The position numbers were made by a program, and so were the translations under genes. The notes under the pieces were generated by a model, which had not been told where the DNA came from, ran no database searches, and saw nothing but the letters and a program-made list of their open reading frames with translations. A stretch of 64,000 nucleotides of DNA from Lama guanicoe (Eukaryota), in assembly GCA_013239625.1 (NCBI GenBank), contig MU054391.1, positions 6,283,824 to 6,347,823 on the forward strand. Direction: 5' to 3'. Below, one piece after another: positions 39,481 to 54,065 of this stretch (positions within the stretch are counted from its first letter, which is position 1; each line of letters begins with the position of its first letter).

Positions 39481-42400
39481 CTAAAAGAGAAGATTAAGCG
39501 AAGAGAGAAAGAGAGAAAACGCTAACACCCCTTTTTTGTAACCACCAGAATGCCAACAGCACGACCACCAATCACAGTCCTGCTGTGGGAGAAATGTGAG
39601 AGGCCTGTCCATGGACACTGCTCCAGCGGGGACAGCAGGATGAGGGCCAACCTTCACAGGGACAGTAAAACCTGAATTCTAAACCCAGGGGCAAGAGAAG
39701 GGCCCGGACACATCAGTGTGAACCACAAAGTCTGAGGCTGGCTTTTCAACCGACGCACAACACTCGAGTGGCGTTTTCAAAGGTACAGCCCCTCGCAAGA
39801 GAGCCAACTTAAGAAGATGCTACTGCTTTCAAAATGTCCACGACTTCTCTTGTAGAACTGTCATTTGTTTCTAAGCGAGCATCATTCATTAGTTTACTCA
39901 TATTACCTTAAAAACAAAAAAAAATACTTCGGTGTACTAAAAATGTATAATAACCCACCCACGATAAAGCATCCAGTCAGCAGAGCTGGTTCCAAAGAAT
40001 TTTTGGCTATTTCCAAAAAAACCAAACTCCCCTTGAAAGGCAGAGATCTACCATTAAATGCTAGGCAGACACATCCCAAGTTCATGGCTGGGATGAGCCA
40101 TGGGTTCCAGGCTGGCTGCGTTAAAGGCACTGTTCTCAACACTCAGGGGAGAGCCAGATCCTCTCCAAACAGTTCCACTACTTTTAGCAGAAATTCTCAG
40201 AAGAGTATCAACGCTGAATCCACGATGGTGGTAAGAGTTGTGTAGTTTTAAAAACACATTTGAGGGTTTAGATAATACACACTACTAACTGTGAAGCTCA
40301 AAAACAGACAAACAAACTTAGCTGATGGAGCTGACAGGAGGTAAACTGGGAAAACCCTCGAAGGGCATAAGTTCTAAAGCTGAAAAGCACTGCCTTTCAG
40401 ACCCCCTGCAGCCTGCCTGCCTATGGTCTGTACTTTCCTATGCACCTGAAAATATTTATTTGTCTTTCAGTCTTGAAGAGAAAGTCTCCATATTTACTTC
40501 CAGATAGTATTATTCAATATTTGAAAGTTAACGAGTTGGGAGGTGAGGGAATTGTGAGAAAGGAGCAATTTGTAAAAACCAAAAGGGGTGAATTACCCTA
40601 TTCTAGGAAACTTTTACACAGAATTATTTCTTTTTCTGATTATCATCATCTTTTCAGAGCCCTTTCAAAGTCAAGCCTGCCGTGGATATTCCTCCTTCCC
40701 CCGAGCTCCACTCAGGGCTCTGTCCTTCCAGGTGACCACGCAGGGGCCTGTTCCTCTCCCATCCTCTCAGTTTGCTACTCTTGCAATGGCCACAATGAGT
40801 TTTTAAAAATAAAAATGGTATGTCAATCTTCTGCTAACTGAAGCTTTTCAACAACTTTCCGCGATTCTTAGGATTGAGGTTAAAATTTAACACGCCCTTC
40901 TGACAAGGCCCTGCAGGACAGCTCCACGTGCACCTTCTCGGTTACATCTGATCCACAGTTTCCTTCCCCTTGACAGCTACTTCACACACGTAGGCTCCAC
41001 AGGTGTCCCTCCCTGACACCACCCCCCAATCTCCCCTCCAGGTCAGGCCCCGACAGTCCCAGCCCTCGGTCCTCCCTGGGAGCCCTCACCACACTACAAT
41101 GATGTCACTGTCTGTGTACCTCTCTCTGTAGACGGAGGACTGTGACAAGGACCAAGTCTGTCTTGTCCTGTGTGTCTGTGCACATGGCACAGAGCAAGTA
41201 TAGTACACATTCATCAATGGAAAACTCAGAAACCCCGAGGGAAACTGCACGCTCCTTAGCAGACAAAATAATGCTGTCATCAAGACTCTTGTAAAGTTAG
41301 TGAACACTGGTAACTTAATGTTTCGTTTCTTCCTGTTAAAAAGGATCTCCAAGACAAATGTTTCTTGCCCAAATAATTCTGGATGAGAAGCGGGGCACTA
41401 AGTAAAGGTAAACAGGGTGGGCTGCAGCTTTTGAGTCGAGGCTGTTACACGCCTCCAGTATGGGCACCAGTCGCAGATTTCCCTCACGTGTCTGCTGGCA
41501 AAGCAACCTTCCAGGAGTCCCTTACGCCGCCCAGAGTGCATTCTGGGAGGCCCTGCCCGACGGACCCCACAAAGGCTGGAGCCCACACAGGAGCTTGCAA
41601 GCAGCAATCGTCCTGCAGACAAGCCTCCGCCCAGAAAAAAAACTCTTCTTAGCCTCTCTCTGAACAGCGGATGCATTTGGAAGATGTCGCTGTCATGTGA
41701 CTGATTCATTTTAAAAATAATATTAAAGCATAGTTTTTCTCCTTTTCACTTGATTCACATGTTAGAAAGTACACATGAAAACCTGGGGAAACTTGGGGTT
41801 CTACCTGAGTGTATCGCATGCCTAGTATAGAGAGAGATCGGTATCAGAAAATATACGTACAAACAAACCCTAAATGTCCTTAAATAAAACTAAGATTTAA
41901 TAGTTAAAATTTCGTGAATCAAATGATAAAACTGGCCTAAGTCAAACCCCAGCTGATGTTCCCAAAGACAGTGTCAAAGCCTCTGCCAGACTCTACGAGG
42001 CTGTTTTAAGTGTTTCTTACTTAGTGCTTCTGTTTTTAGCAAAAACAAACAAACAAACAAAAAACAACAAAACAAAAACAGAGCCAGCTTATTTTCACTT
42101 TACCATGAATTACAAACTGATATTCAATTCAGTAGCTTCCCATTAAGAAAAAAAGGTGGGAAAGGAATGTGCTCGCATCCTCCTGAAAGCTCACCTGAGC
42201 AGTAGAGGGAGCGCCCAGCGGCCGGTACGGCCCCGAGGCCTCGGAAGTGCCCCCACAGCTGCCCTACGCCTGCCACCCACTTGGCGACCTGAACTTCAGA
42301 GGGGAACAGGAGACGTTTGAAACCACACAGAAAATTGCTAAGAAACCAGGTATACACAGTGAGTTACTCTGAACACACACCCAGTTTTGGTTTATTTAAG

Positions 42401-42794
42401 TGAGAAGTGAAAGAGTGCAAACTTGCTCTAAATGGAGAGAGATTTAACTGAAAAGTTTCTTATACTTAGAATAAAAACTTCTTTTGGGGGACAGAAAGAG
42501 GGCGAATTGGAGAAAGGTGGCCAGAAGGTACAAACTCCCAGCTATAAGACACAAGTACGAGGGACGTAACGTACACGTGACGACTACAGTTAATGCTGCT
42601 GTATTACCTACGTGAAAGCTGCCGAGAGAGTCAATCTGAAGAGTTCTCAGCACAAGGAAAAAGCAATTTTTTCTTCTAATTTTGCCTTTTCTTTCTATTG
42701 TATCTATATAAGATAATGGATACTAACTAAAAAAAAATGTTCTTATCATCTGCAAGCCTCCTGATGACATCAGAGAACTGTCACAGGATCAGAA

Positions 42795-43610
42795 GGAGTG
42801 GGCAGAGGATCTGAACAGACATTTCTCCAAAGAAAATATACAAATGGCCAGTGAGCTCATGAAAACATGCTCCACCATCCTTAGTCATCAGGAAGATGGA
42901 AATCAAAAAGCCGCGATGAGACAGCACTTCACACTCACCGGGAGGGCCACAGTAAGGAAGGCCGGCAGCAGCAAGGGCTGGTGGGGATGGGAAAGCGGCC
43001 CCCGCGCACACTGCTGGTGGGAATGCCGCACGGCGCAGCTGCTTCGGAAAGCAGTCTGGCTGCTCCTTTAAAAGGTAAACAGCTACGATACGGCTCAGCA
43101 ATTCCACTCCTAAGTACAGGCCCAAGAGAAACAGAAACATGTGTCCATGCAGAAACATCACCTGAATTTTCATAGCAGTATTATTCATAGCAAAAAAGAA
43201 AAGAAAAAAAAAGAAACAACCCAAAGGCCCATCAACAGATTAAAGGACAAACAAAATGTGATCTATCCACACAACGAAGTATTACTCAGTCACAAAAAGG
43301 AATAAAGTTCCTGTATATATTACAACACGGGTTAACCTTGAAAACATAAGGTGAAAGAAGCCAGATGCAAAAGAAAACATGTTGTATGATTCTACTTATA
43401 TACAATGTCCAGAACAGGCAAATCCATAGGCTGGGGAGATGGGAGTGTGCAGGGAGACTGCAAAAGGGGGTTTCCTTTGTGGGGACGACGACGCTCCAGA
43501 GTCAGATAGTGGTACCGATCACACAGCTTAGTGACTATACTAAAAACCCAGAATTGTACACTTTTAAGAGGTGAACTTTATATGTGAATTGTATCTCAAT
43601 TTTAAAAAAG
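42795..43610 (+). mobile_element. Old L1 (L1MB-like) 3' end, antisense to NOL10
   Basis: gggcagaggatctgaacagacatttctccaaagaa...cagcaattccactcctaag...gaattgtatctcaat. Confidence 0.85.
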
Positions 43611-44291
43611 AAATGGAGGTGGAGTCTTTGTCATTCTTTCCCTCCCAGTGACAAATATATTAAAGGAAACTAACTGAGAATAAATTTTTTTGAAGAATAA
43701 AACCATGCAGTTTCACTCATCAGTTAATAGCAAATATTTAAACCAGCTGATTCCTCCTTTAATACAGGCCAGGCATCGTTAAAACTGGCTAAAGAAACGA
43801 CTCTTGTAAGTCAGCTGAGAATAGGACCTACTACTGACAGAAATTCTTCTGAAACGACACATCCTGGGCAAGCTGCTCTTACCGCCAGGAACGTCAGGAA
43901 CTCACCAGTTCTTGAGTTTCTTTAAAGTCCACATAAGCTTCAACTATTCTTTTAAAGCCATATGTGGTCAGGACTTCCGCTTTACAAGGCCACATTTCAG
44001 GTGGCCCAGTGACCCAGAAACCACGCTGCTGGTTCCTCAGCAACAGTACCAGCTCTGGGGTCACCAGGGCCCTCGGGACACCAGAGACACGCCTGCTCTG
44101 CCAAAGCCAAGCAGCATGCTCTCAGCGCAGGAGGGGTTCTGGCAGTAAGGAAGATGATCGAACAGGAACAGAAGCTTCCTCAGCAGGGGAAAAGCACGGG
44201 AAGGCAGTTCTGAGGTCAGACACAGACACACCACGACTGGAAGGCTAATTTTCTCCTGTGAACTAAAAAAGAACATTAAAAAGCAACTTAC

Positions 44292-44394
44292 CTTCTTTAA
44301 TGTAAATGTCAATTGTTTGCTGCCAACCGTGGTGTCGGATACACTCAATGTCCCATTTTTTGCTTCAAGTTTCAACCGATCTTCAAGGGTTTTA
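44292..44394 (-). CDS. NOL10: NOL10 penultimate coding exon (103 nt), (N)KTLEDRLKLEAKNGTLSVSDTTVGSKQLTFTLKK
   Basis: cctacag|TAAAACCCTT...TTAAAGAAG|gtaagt. The first T completes AA+T = Asn from the previous exon, so the frame is preserved. Confidence 0.96.
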
Positions 44395-47199
44395 CTGTAG
44401 GAAATTTAAGAGAATGACACATTAATTAGCATTATGTTTTGATTTGCCATTTGACACAAGTTTTAATTAGAACTGACTCTTTTACATGTGTGGTAAAGAC
44501 AAAAAACGGCATTCATACAACACAATCAATGGAAAGAATCCCAAGCACTCAGTCATTACTCATACTCAATAGATGCGCAGTGAAAACAATGGCTGCCCCA
44601 AACACCCACTGATTTCATATTTTGAGTGGTGGTTCCACATATTTCAATGGTTGTTACTTACCTTACTAAATCATATTTCTGAAGCCAAAATACAAGGAGC
44701 AATATTCCTGAAGCCTGTAACTTTCTGCAATGGTCAGTGGCCCTTATGCTTCAAGAGCACTTGATATTTACACCACACATAAGTTAGGTATGTGAGTATT
44801 TCGGCAACTCATTCACCTTCTACAAAGGCGTGAACACAAATGAAGCCCTCCAGTCAAGCCACAGAGAAGTGCTTACGAGGATTCTGACTTTTCCTTTACT
44901 CGGGCTTAGCTCACTGGACTGGACTCAACACCCACAGTTGGAGCAACTTGGAACATGAAATCGTCTGATTACACAGAGAAAACAAAAGCAGTTACACTGA
45001 GGGTAAATGTTGAGTCAGCCCTATTCATTGTGACTTCTCCAGGTGTCTTTCCTTTCAGTCTCTTCCTTGAATTCCTCTTTCTGACACACTTTACCCCGAA
45101 TTTAACTTTCATTTCATTTCTTGATCACGTTTTCCTAACTTTTCTAAGGTCTCTTTCTGTAATCTTTGTCCCTGTCATGGTTTGCTGTATGTGAACTGCA
45201 ATTCAATGCCATCTGCAACAATCAAGATGTTAAACTTGAATCTGGTACCAGTTATACAGGACTTCATTGCATGTTTGTATAATAATGTTTTATTATAAAA
45301 TAAGATCATTGTTAACTTGGTTTAGAGGGAAAAAACAGAATTAAGATAGACACATCCAGTAAGTTTTAATGTTAGCTCTAATCCTTCTAGAAAGGCTAAA
45401 AGCAACACCTTCATACCCCTAGGTTGAAACTAGGAGAGAGGAGAGGGAAGAAGAGAAGAATATGGTTTTCTCTTCTATTTGGTTCTCTCCTCAAAAAACA
45501 GTAAATGTACTTTCCAGTCCTCCTTGTACCAATTTAAAACTGAATGCACCCTTTTTAAAGTTAGTATTTGAAAAACCTGGTTGAATTAAAAAAGGGGGGT
45601 GCACTGTATGAAAGGGTCTTCTTTTTCCTGAAATACGATCTTTGTAACTAATTACTGAGTAGAACACAACTCCTAAATGATCCATTAAAGAGTGATGCTC
45701 CTTTGAAATTCTGAAGTCAATGTTTGATGTTCACACCCTGAGAGATCTAGCTCTGGTTTATGACTACCAGTAAGTACTAAATATACCTTCTTTATATAAT
45801 TTGAGACATAAAGTGGTTAGCATAAAAGTGGCACTCTTTTCTAAGCAATAATGTTATTAAGAAGCACTTTTAAAGTACTTTTCATCTTCAAAGTTCTTAA
45901 CAGACTAACTAATTAATCCTTTCAACATCCCTGAGACAGAAGTATTTATCCTTTACAGATGGCATAAAGGCAGGGAAGATGTTCTATGCCTTGCCCCAGG
46001 CCACATAAGGATTTGAGTCTAAAACCAGGATTCCAATCTAAGAATTTCTGCTTTCCAGGTGTGTGTCAGACCATGGTTGATTTATAAGGTTTTGTTACAG
46101 AAATGTATTAGTATTCTAAATGACAAGCTTTCACATGACAATGAAATCAAGATTTGGTTTTGCCTTTAAAAAAAAAACAAGAATTCACAAGTGAAGTGTA
46201 AACCAACTCCAGCATGCGTGTGACTCATGCCAGCCTAAGCACATTCCTCCAGCCGTCCATTTCATTTTTGTTCCTTCCTTTCAGAGCTATAAACTGTGAG
46301 ATTTTAATTCTGAATAACTCTGGAGCCACTGAGACAAGGTGATACACAGAAAACACTAATTTGCGAAGAAAAAGACTTTTCAAGTCAATTGTGGGAAATT
46401 ACTACTCTTTTAAGGATGACCTATTTCCTCGTGATGGGGTGCAGGCACTCTGGTCTCCTCTCAGTGCACCTTGACGTGCACTTGCAGAAACTTGTTCTGT
46501 CTCGGCTCCTTGGAGAGACAGCTGAGCTTTAGAAGGAGCCGTGGCAAGAGATCAGACAGGTCGAGGGAGAGATTTCTACATGAAAGCAAGTTCCACTTCC
46601 CTCCCTTCACAGTCAGCTCTGGAACGCAGAGTTCCACAGCCTGCTACCACTCCGGCAGAGAGGAGTCAAGAAGTCAGACACCTGAAAACCGTCTACCGTA
46701 ACGGAAGAGGAAAAGGCAGAAAACCCTGCCCGTCCTTCTTGGTGATTCACTCAGGACCGGTGGGCCCATGCGGGAGGCGGGAAGGGGCTGGCCTGCCCCA
46801 TCCTGTCCCTTCTCCTGTCCTGGCTCAGGTCGGCTGGCTTTTGGCTACTTTGTCATTGATAGCAAAGAATTTTAAGGAAAAATGACCTCACTGATACAAG
46901 ATGAACAACGTGCACCCTCCCTCCCCACATTTGTGGGGATTGCTAAGATGACAGATTCAGGCTTTAGAAGGTGAAAAGCGGGAGTAATTACTCAGTGCAG
47001 GATGGGGAGACCATTTGAGGAAGAACCTAAATTATCAGTAGGGCTTTACTGAAAGAAAAAAAGAAAGATGGGCACACACTACAAGGGGAAAAAATCAAAT
47101 CAGAGACTCAATAGACATCCCACAGTGGCTGAATGATACACTTCTTTGAGGCTTTAAAACACACACGAGCTAACATTTAATTAAAAGTAACGCTCCTCA

Positions 47200-47296
47200 G
47201 GAGGTGGGTAGAGCTCAGTGGTAGAGCACATGCTTAGCTTGCTCGAGGTCCTGGGTTCAGTATCTAGTACCTCCATTAAAAAAAGAAAAAATTTTA
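47200..47296 (+). mobile_element. tRNA-derived SINE (camelid Vic-1-like) with TSD
   Basis: agctcagtggtagagcacatgcttagc...gaggtcctgggttcag plus A tail; TSD aaaagtaacgctcctca (47183-47199) / aaaagtaatgctcttca (47297-47313). Confidence 0.9.
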
Positions 47297-50200
47297 AAAA
47301 GTAATGCTCTTCAACTGAGTTTTAAAAATCACTTGGTGAGGAAAAGGAAGTAGGGGAGTGGAAAATATACATCAGGGCACCTGCTTTAGTACAGCACTGA
47401 GAAGGATTAAATTAACCTAAAAGAAAGGAACCACCTACATCAAAGGGAGTAAGAAGAGAATGGAGAAATGGAATCCACAGATAAATGGTGAATTTTAAGT
47501 ACTTAAAAATGTTAAGTACTTTGTTTTAAGTCTACAACTTTGATAAATATTTACACACACTGCAAAAGTTACTGAAAACTATTTCAGTGCTTTCAGTTTG
47601 CATAATGTTGCTTCAAAGCCTCAGGAGATGTAAGCACAAGCAACCATGAGATCTGCTGTCTCAACTTTCCGAACAGTTAAAAATTTAAAAGATTCCTAAT
47701 ACCCACTGCTGCTGCAAATGCGGGGAAACAGGCACCCTGGCAAGAGTGCAAAGGCCCCAAGGCCTTTCTGGAGGGCGACTTGGCCGTATTGCTCACACGC
47801 TTCTTTTGATCCAGCAAATTTCATCACTAGGTAATATATTCTAAAGAAACTCTTGCACATGTGTACATATTTATAACTGTGAAAAAAGGAAGAGAAAAAC
47901 AAGAAACAACTGAAACATCCAAAATTAGATATTATGGCTCAACCATCTTAGGAAGTATTTATGCAGCCATAAGGGGACCTCCATGCACTTACAAAGAAAA
48001 ATTTTCAAAATTTACTGTTCAATGAAAAGAGCAAGTGAATCAGCAACATGATCAGTATGATCTGTTCACACCAAAGACAGGAGAGCTACAACTGTACAGG
48101 TGAGTGGGCGCATACGCGAGGGTGACCGAATTCTAAAAGGACACCCAAAGTGGTTACCTTGGGGTGGGGGGGGAGTGTGGGCTGGGAGACTCTCACCCTT
48201 CATCCTGTGTTCTTGAGCATTACAACAATGACATGCTTGCATATGATAATGATAAGATGCTTGTATATTACAATGATATGCTTGTATATTACTTGAGTAA
48301 TAAAAGATTCTTGTCTTTTAAAGTGTGGGTTTGGAATTAAACTGCTTTCAAAAAATTAGACTTTAAAAATGCTTGTATTAAATCAAGGCTGCATTCCTTC
48401 AGTTCTTATCCACTATCAGTGAGGAAAATTAGCTGAAGAGTAAAAACTGGCCATCATTGTTTAATTCAGAGTGGATAATGTTGCAGACATGGTAAGTGGC
48501 TCACCAAGAGCTACTAAAGTACCCGGTGAAGAAGCTGTGAGTTCCTCAAAGGCAGAAAGTGGCTCAGAAATCTTTGAATTTCCAGGACCTACCACAGGGT
48601 AGGCACTTCAAAGAATGTTTTCATGAACTGAACTGAAAGGGCCACCCAGCAGGCAGTATTTATTACCCAAGAAGAGGGGATCTCCTCAGCTACTGATTTA
48701 GAAAGTTATTCCAAGGTCTCTTTCTCCAGGGTTTTCCAACAGATTATCTCCAACACTTTCATCATGCATTGCAGACCACTGCTGCCCCACATAGCAGGAG
48801 AGGCTCATGTGCCCAGATTCCTGACTGAAGCCAGCAAGCGTGAACTTCCCAGTCTTTCTATCTATAACTGTAATTATTCCCACCCATCCTGACTTCTTTC
48901 CCTTGTCTCTGAAGAGCTCTTTAACGGGTGCTCCTGACCCTGTTCACTCCCGATCACTCACTCAGTTCAGTTCTGCCCATTCAGTCCAATTTCTCATTTC
49001 TTCCCTCTCCCCTTTCCTTCTGTGGTTACTTTCTCTCTAGATATACTAACAAGTCATATCTCTCAAGCCTAAAAAGCCTTTCTTACCAAGTTATGGCTTT
49101 GATTCCTTTCACTGCCTAATGTCTCAAAAGAACCATCTTGACTAATTATTCACAGTATGTTTTTACATCTCTCATTCATCAATCCACTGCAGTGAGACAT
49201 AGGGCTGAAGGACTGAGACATGAATCCCAACAAGACCATCTTCCTACGGCCTTGCTCAGCTTCCATTCTGCGGGCCCCCCTGCTCCATCTGACAATGGTG
49301 TCACACTTCTCTCTCTGACATTCTCTTGGCTCTTTCCAGTTTTCCTACTAACTTTTGGGCAACTCCTTAATAATGTTAACTGCCCATCTTCTCCTTCACC
49401 GGCGCCCGACATCAGAATTCTATTGCTACTGGTATTGGTATATTCTTGACACCTCTACAATATGTGTTACTTTGCGTGCATTTGCACATTTTTAGAGAGG
49501 TGTATGGTTTTCATCACACACTCAAAAATATTTGTTGTTAACCAAGGACTCTACTCTTAGCCCTCATCTCCCTCAGCACACTTATAGGAAGCCTTTTTAA
49601 CACAGTGGTTTCAGTCCCACAAGGACGTTGGTATCTTTCTTAAATCAGTATATCCGGGCCACCTCTTACATTTCCATTTGTCTACTGAACATTACCAGGA
49701 AAACATTTGGTCCTGTAGACTTAATGTGCTGAACACCCAGCTCAATACTTTTAGCTTTAAACTTGTTTTTTATTCTGTATTCTTTATCTCAACATTGCTA
49801 GACATTTCAACCTCACCTCTGACCATTCATTTCTCCATTAATATTAAATGAGTAACCAGACAATGTTGTAGTGTGTCTCATCTTAGACCTTCTTATGAAT
49901 AACTTGGTTCTAAGTCTGTCTGCCCTTCTCCGCCCAGCAGTTCAGGCTTTCATCACTTTCCACTGGAACTAGTTTGTTAACTGGTCTCATGTGCCCAGTT
50001 TCTCCCTGCATCTTCTAAAACTGAGGTATTTTAATAACAGTTTCTGGAAAATAGGGGCTTTTTATATCTGTATGTTTTTATTTTTACTTTCTACAACCAA
50101 CAAGTACTGCTTTTATTGTGTAAGTATTTACATAATTGGGGGGGAGACAGAATAGACTTGATCATGTTGATCTTAGCTCACGACCCTTCCCTGGCTAGCC

Positions 50201-50732
50201 AGGGCCTGGCTCTGGGACCAATGCACCTTTCGGGCTCACCTTCTGCTCTGGCCACCTCCTCCATGCTCTCGAGCTCTTCCCTCAACTTTCACACAGCACT
50301 CCTCCATCCATGCCGCTCCCTCTGCCTTGAAGAACATCTCTCCCACCCTGCTTTCAGTGCTCGTCTTTTTTCTTTCAAAAGACCCGGCTGAATATGATCT
50401 CTTACAAAGACTTCCCTAGATGTCTAAAAATCCACTCCTGTCTTTCTTAGACACGTCCCCACACCTCTGACCGGCTCACAGAGCATCAACCAGGGCGGCA
50501 AGGCCACGGCACAGTAGCTGGCTTTTCCTTTCCATCCCCTGGGCCTAGAACAGCACTCTGTTCACACAAAGAACTCAATGGATGTTTGATTGATGAATGG
50601 GTGGGTGGAGAGGCTGACAGGTGGATGAATAAACTCACGAATCAAGCACTGTAAGGCATATAAAAATGTGCTGACAGACATGTGTATTTATCTAAAGCCA
50701 TGTTACTATGCCAAGCAAAGAAGAGAACTTTG

Positions 50733-50811
50733 GGATTCATTCTTCACTTTTCCCTTCATAGAAAAATAGTTAGGATTCATTCTTCACTTTTCCCTTCATA
50801 GAAAAATAGTT
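50733..50811. repeat. Perfect 39-bp tandem duplication (period 40)
   Basis: ggattcattcttcacttttcccttcatagaaaaatagtt at 50733-50771 and 50773-50811. Confidence 0.95.
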
Positions 50812-51684
50812 TTGAGGCTGGGCAAGTTCAAGGGTACTTTTAAACATAATACACCCGATTCTGATGTGCTTTATTGATTGCCTTGTAGTGACTTGCAGAA
50901 AAAACATAAGGAGTCACTTTAACTGTCTGAAGGATAATGGTTCAATATTCATTAAATAATATTAAAATATTGCAAGGTTCAGGATTTGCCAAAATAATCC
51001 ATCAATACTAGAATTCAATAAGCAGTTTGTGCCAGAATGCCAGCAAACTGCAGGCTATTCATACCAAAGGGTTATTACTTTAAGCGGTAGGATTTTTCTT
51101 CTAAGTTCATGTATCATCACTCAGATAACTCATCTTCTCAAAAAAATTGCTTAACTTAGTAAGAATGTGTAATTGCAGTGTGTTAACTTAGCTATTATTT
51201 ATTCATTACATACTAAATTTTCAACCCTTTTGTGTTTTACATTAATATCCTACTACAACCCACAGCAAAACAAGAATGTTCGTGAGTTAATTCATGCCTC
51301 TCACCCCCAAATCATGACTTTCTGTTACCATGGTTACACTGAAAACTGCTGCTCCCAGGTTTCCCTGGTCAGTGGGTTGGGGGTAAATAAGTTCTTTTTC
51401 AGCAGATCGTGAAATGGTAACTTCCAGACTTGCCTGACATGTAGCCAAGGCACAGAAGATTCACACTTTAGTAAGGATTTATCGAGTGTCTACCCAGGTC
51501 TAGGGACTAATTCAGGAACTAGGGATAAAGTAAATAGCGCAAGACAAAGCCTGTAGATAATCTAATAAAAAAAATTGCACTCCACAGAATCAGAATACTG
51601 GAAACAAGCAGTCTTTTCGCTGCTTCTGAGTAGGACTCCAAATAAAAATCTAAGAACAACAGCTACATAAAAAGTGAGGTTGCA

Positions 51685-52310
51685 CACACTGCTGCTGGGA
51701 ATGTAAAATGCAGAAGCCTCCTTGGAAAACAGTTTGGCAGTTTCTCAGAAAGTCAGACATAAAGTTACCGTGTGTAGCCAGGAGACAGGAAAACATATGT
51801 CAATGCAAACATTTACACACAAATGTCCACAGCAACACTATTCACGATAGCCAGAAAGTGCAAACAACCCAAATATCCATAAACTGATAAATGAATGAAT
51901 ACAATATATACAATACAATACGCCCTGAAATATTACTTGGCAATAAAAACGAATGAAGTACTGACATATGCTACAACATAGATGAACACTAAAGACGCTG
52001 TGCTAAGTAAAAGCAGTCAGACAAAACGCTACCTATTGTATGATTCCATTTACATGAAATGTCAGAATAGGCAAATGTATAGAGACAGAGAATGGATTAG
52101 TGGTTGCTTGGGGATGGGAGGTGGGGGTAAATGGGAGTAAATGCTAATGGGGTAAGGAATTTTGTTTGCGGATAAGGAAAATGTTCTAAAACTGATAGTG
52201 GTGATGGTTGCACAAAACTCTGTGAATATACTAAAAACCAATAAATTGCACACTTTAACTAGGTGAATTGTATGTTACATAAATTATATTTCAAGAAAGG
52301 TGTTATAAAA
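51685..52310 (+). mobile_element. Old L1 (L1MB/MC-like) 3' end
   Basis: gctgggaatgtaaaatg...ggaaaacagtttggcagtttctc...gtggtgatggttgcacaaaactctgtgaatatactaaaaacca. Confidence 0.85.
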
Positions 52311-53558
52311 AAGAGTGAGGCTGGTAGGTAAAAAAAATTTCTTCAGAAGATACTAGATTCTTTGCATCTTTTGTGAGTCAGAATCAGAACTTCTAGATGA
52401 TCCTAGATCTAAGGTGAAGGATTCACTCAACATTTGGTGTCCCAGATTTGCTAAAACTGGCAAAATAAAGATGAATAAGCATATCTCTTTCCAGAAACAA
52501 TTCAGCCCATCCATCGAAGTGCCCCCCCTCGGACATTTCCTCTGTCTGAAAAACCACATTTTTCTAAATGGGGAGCTGGGAGCTCAAAAAGCATAGGTAC
52601 AGAACTAGCACCGGCTGACCTAACACCTCATCTGCCTGCCCGCCTCTTCCTCCTCCATCTTCCTGGGCTCCCTAGGCCTCCAGGCTCTTCTTTCAAGATC
52701 ATCTACTCTATTCCCATTCAGATCTTCCGTATCAATACTCAGCCTAGAAACTCTCAAAGCGGAGACTTACACGACTTAGAGCTTACACACATTTTGGACC
52801 TGAGTACCTAGCTTGTTCCTAACTTAGACACCTGACAGCTATAACTGTCCAAATAATATTGTTTTTAAAGTTGATTTTTTTTTATTGTGGTAAAGTATGT
52901 ATAACATAAAACATCATTTTAACCATTTTTAAGTGACTAGTTCAGCGGACACTCACTGTTGTGCAGCCATTACCACCACCCATTTCTAGAATGTTCTCAT
53001 CATTCCAAATTGACACTCGTACCTCCTTAAGTGATGGCTCACCCCTCCAACCCCTGGCAACCACCATTCTACTTTCTGCCTGTCTGTATCTGACTATTTC
53101 AGAATACCACTTTTTCTGATCTCTCAATGTATCTACAAAAGGCTTAGAATTTCTAGCAAAATTTCCAAGTGATCTTTTTAATAATCGTGTAAACTAAGAT
53201 GAGCGTAAACGTAACTGAAATTCTAATTTTTAAAAACAACTTTTTGTTAAAGAAGTGATTATCTCTTAATTACGACTATAATTTAAGAGTGTGGCTTCTG
53301 CAGGATAAAAATGCTCTAATGTGTGTATTTACCAATACTCAGGGGGCCAGACCCCGTTATCTTATGTATGTAACCACACCTCAAAACGCTGTTAAAAATA
53401 ATCACAAAAGAGACCAGCGTATTTCCCCTCAGGCCTTGTGGTCCTTCCCTCACATTTACTCCCAAGATCCAAATGCCACCCTGAGGGCAAGGTGCCGGGC
53501 GAGGAAAAGGAAAGCTGGGCCACCACCTGGAGCCACCACTGAGGGCAGCATTACTTAC

Positions 53559-53806
53559 TTCATTAGCTTCTGCTTTGTGGCAGAATCTTTGAAGCTTCTG
53601 AATTCTTCGCCTGCTTTGATCTCATAAAACTGGGGCTTGAGGACCGTCTGCTGGTCCTCCTTGAGTCGTTCCTGACGCTTCACTTTTTCCTCCTGTTGGA
53701 GAAGTCGGCGCTGTTTCCTGACCTCTTCAACCCAGTCCTTTTCATCATCTGAACTCTCAGAACTTTCTGCATCACTTGGTTTTCCTTCCGGTTCTTCCTC
53801 CTCTTC
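53559..53806 (-). CDS. NOL10: NOL10 coding exon (248 nt), EEEEEPEGKPSDAESSESSDDEK...KDSATKQKLM(N)
   Basis: ttttattttcag|GAAGAGGAG...CTAATGAA|gtaagt; ends in phase 2; lies within ORF 53555..53863. Confidence 0.97.
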
Positions 53807-54065
53807 CTGAAAATAAAAATAGTAAGAAGCAGCTCCTTTCCCCAACCAAAAACACTGATCCATTATTTTCTTTTAAATAGCATTAGCCCATTAGAGCATG
53901 TGACATTGCATGCATCAGGAAAAAAATGTCTTTAATTAAATAAGATACATTCCTAAGCTAAAGGTCAAACAAATTCCAGTTCAAGTTAACTCAAAGACTC
54001 TTCTAACTTAGACAGAAAACTTTAAACAAACAGGAGCACATTCTAAATGATATAGAGAACATTAC

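Noticed and set aside
50733..50811. Possible CRISPR-like repeat
   Set aside because: Only two adjacent copies with no spacer, no cas genes, and a mammalian intron context.
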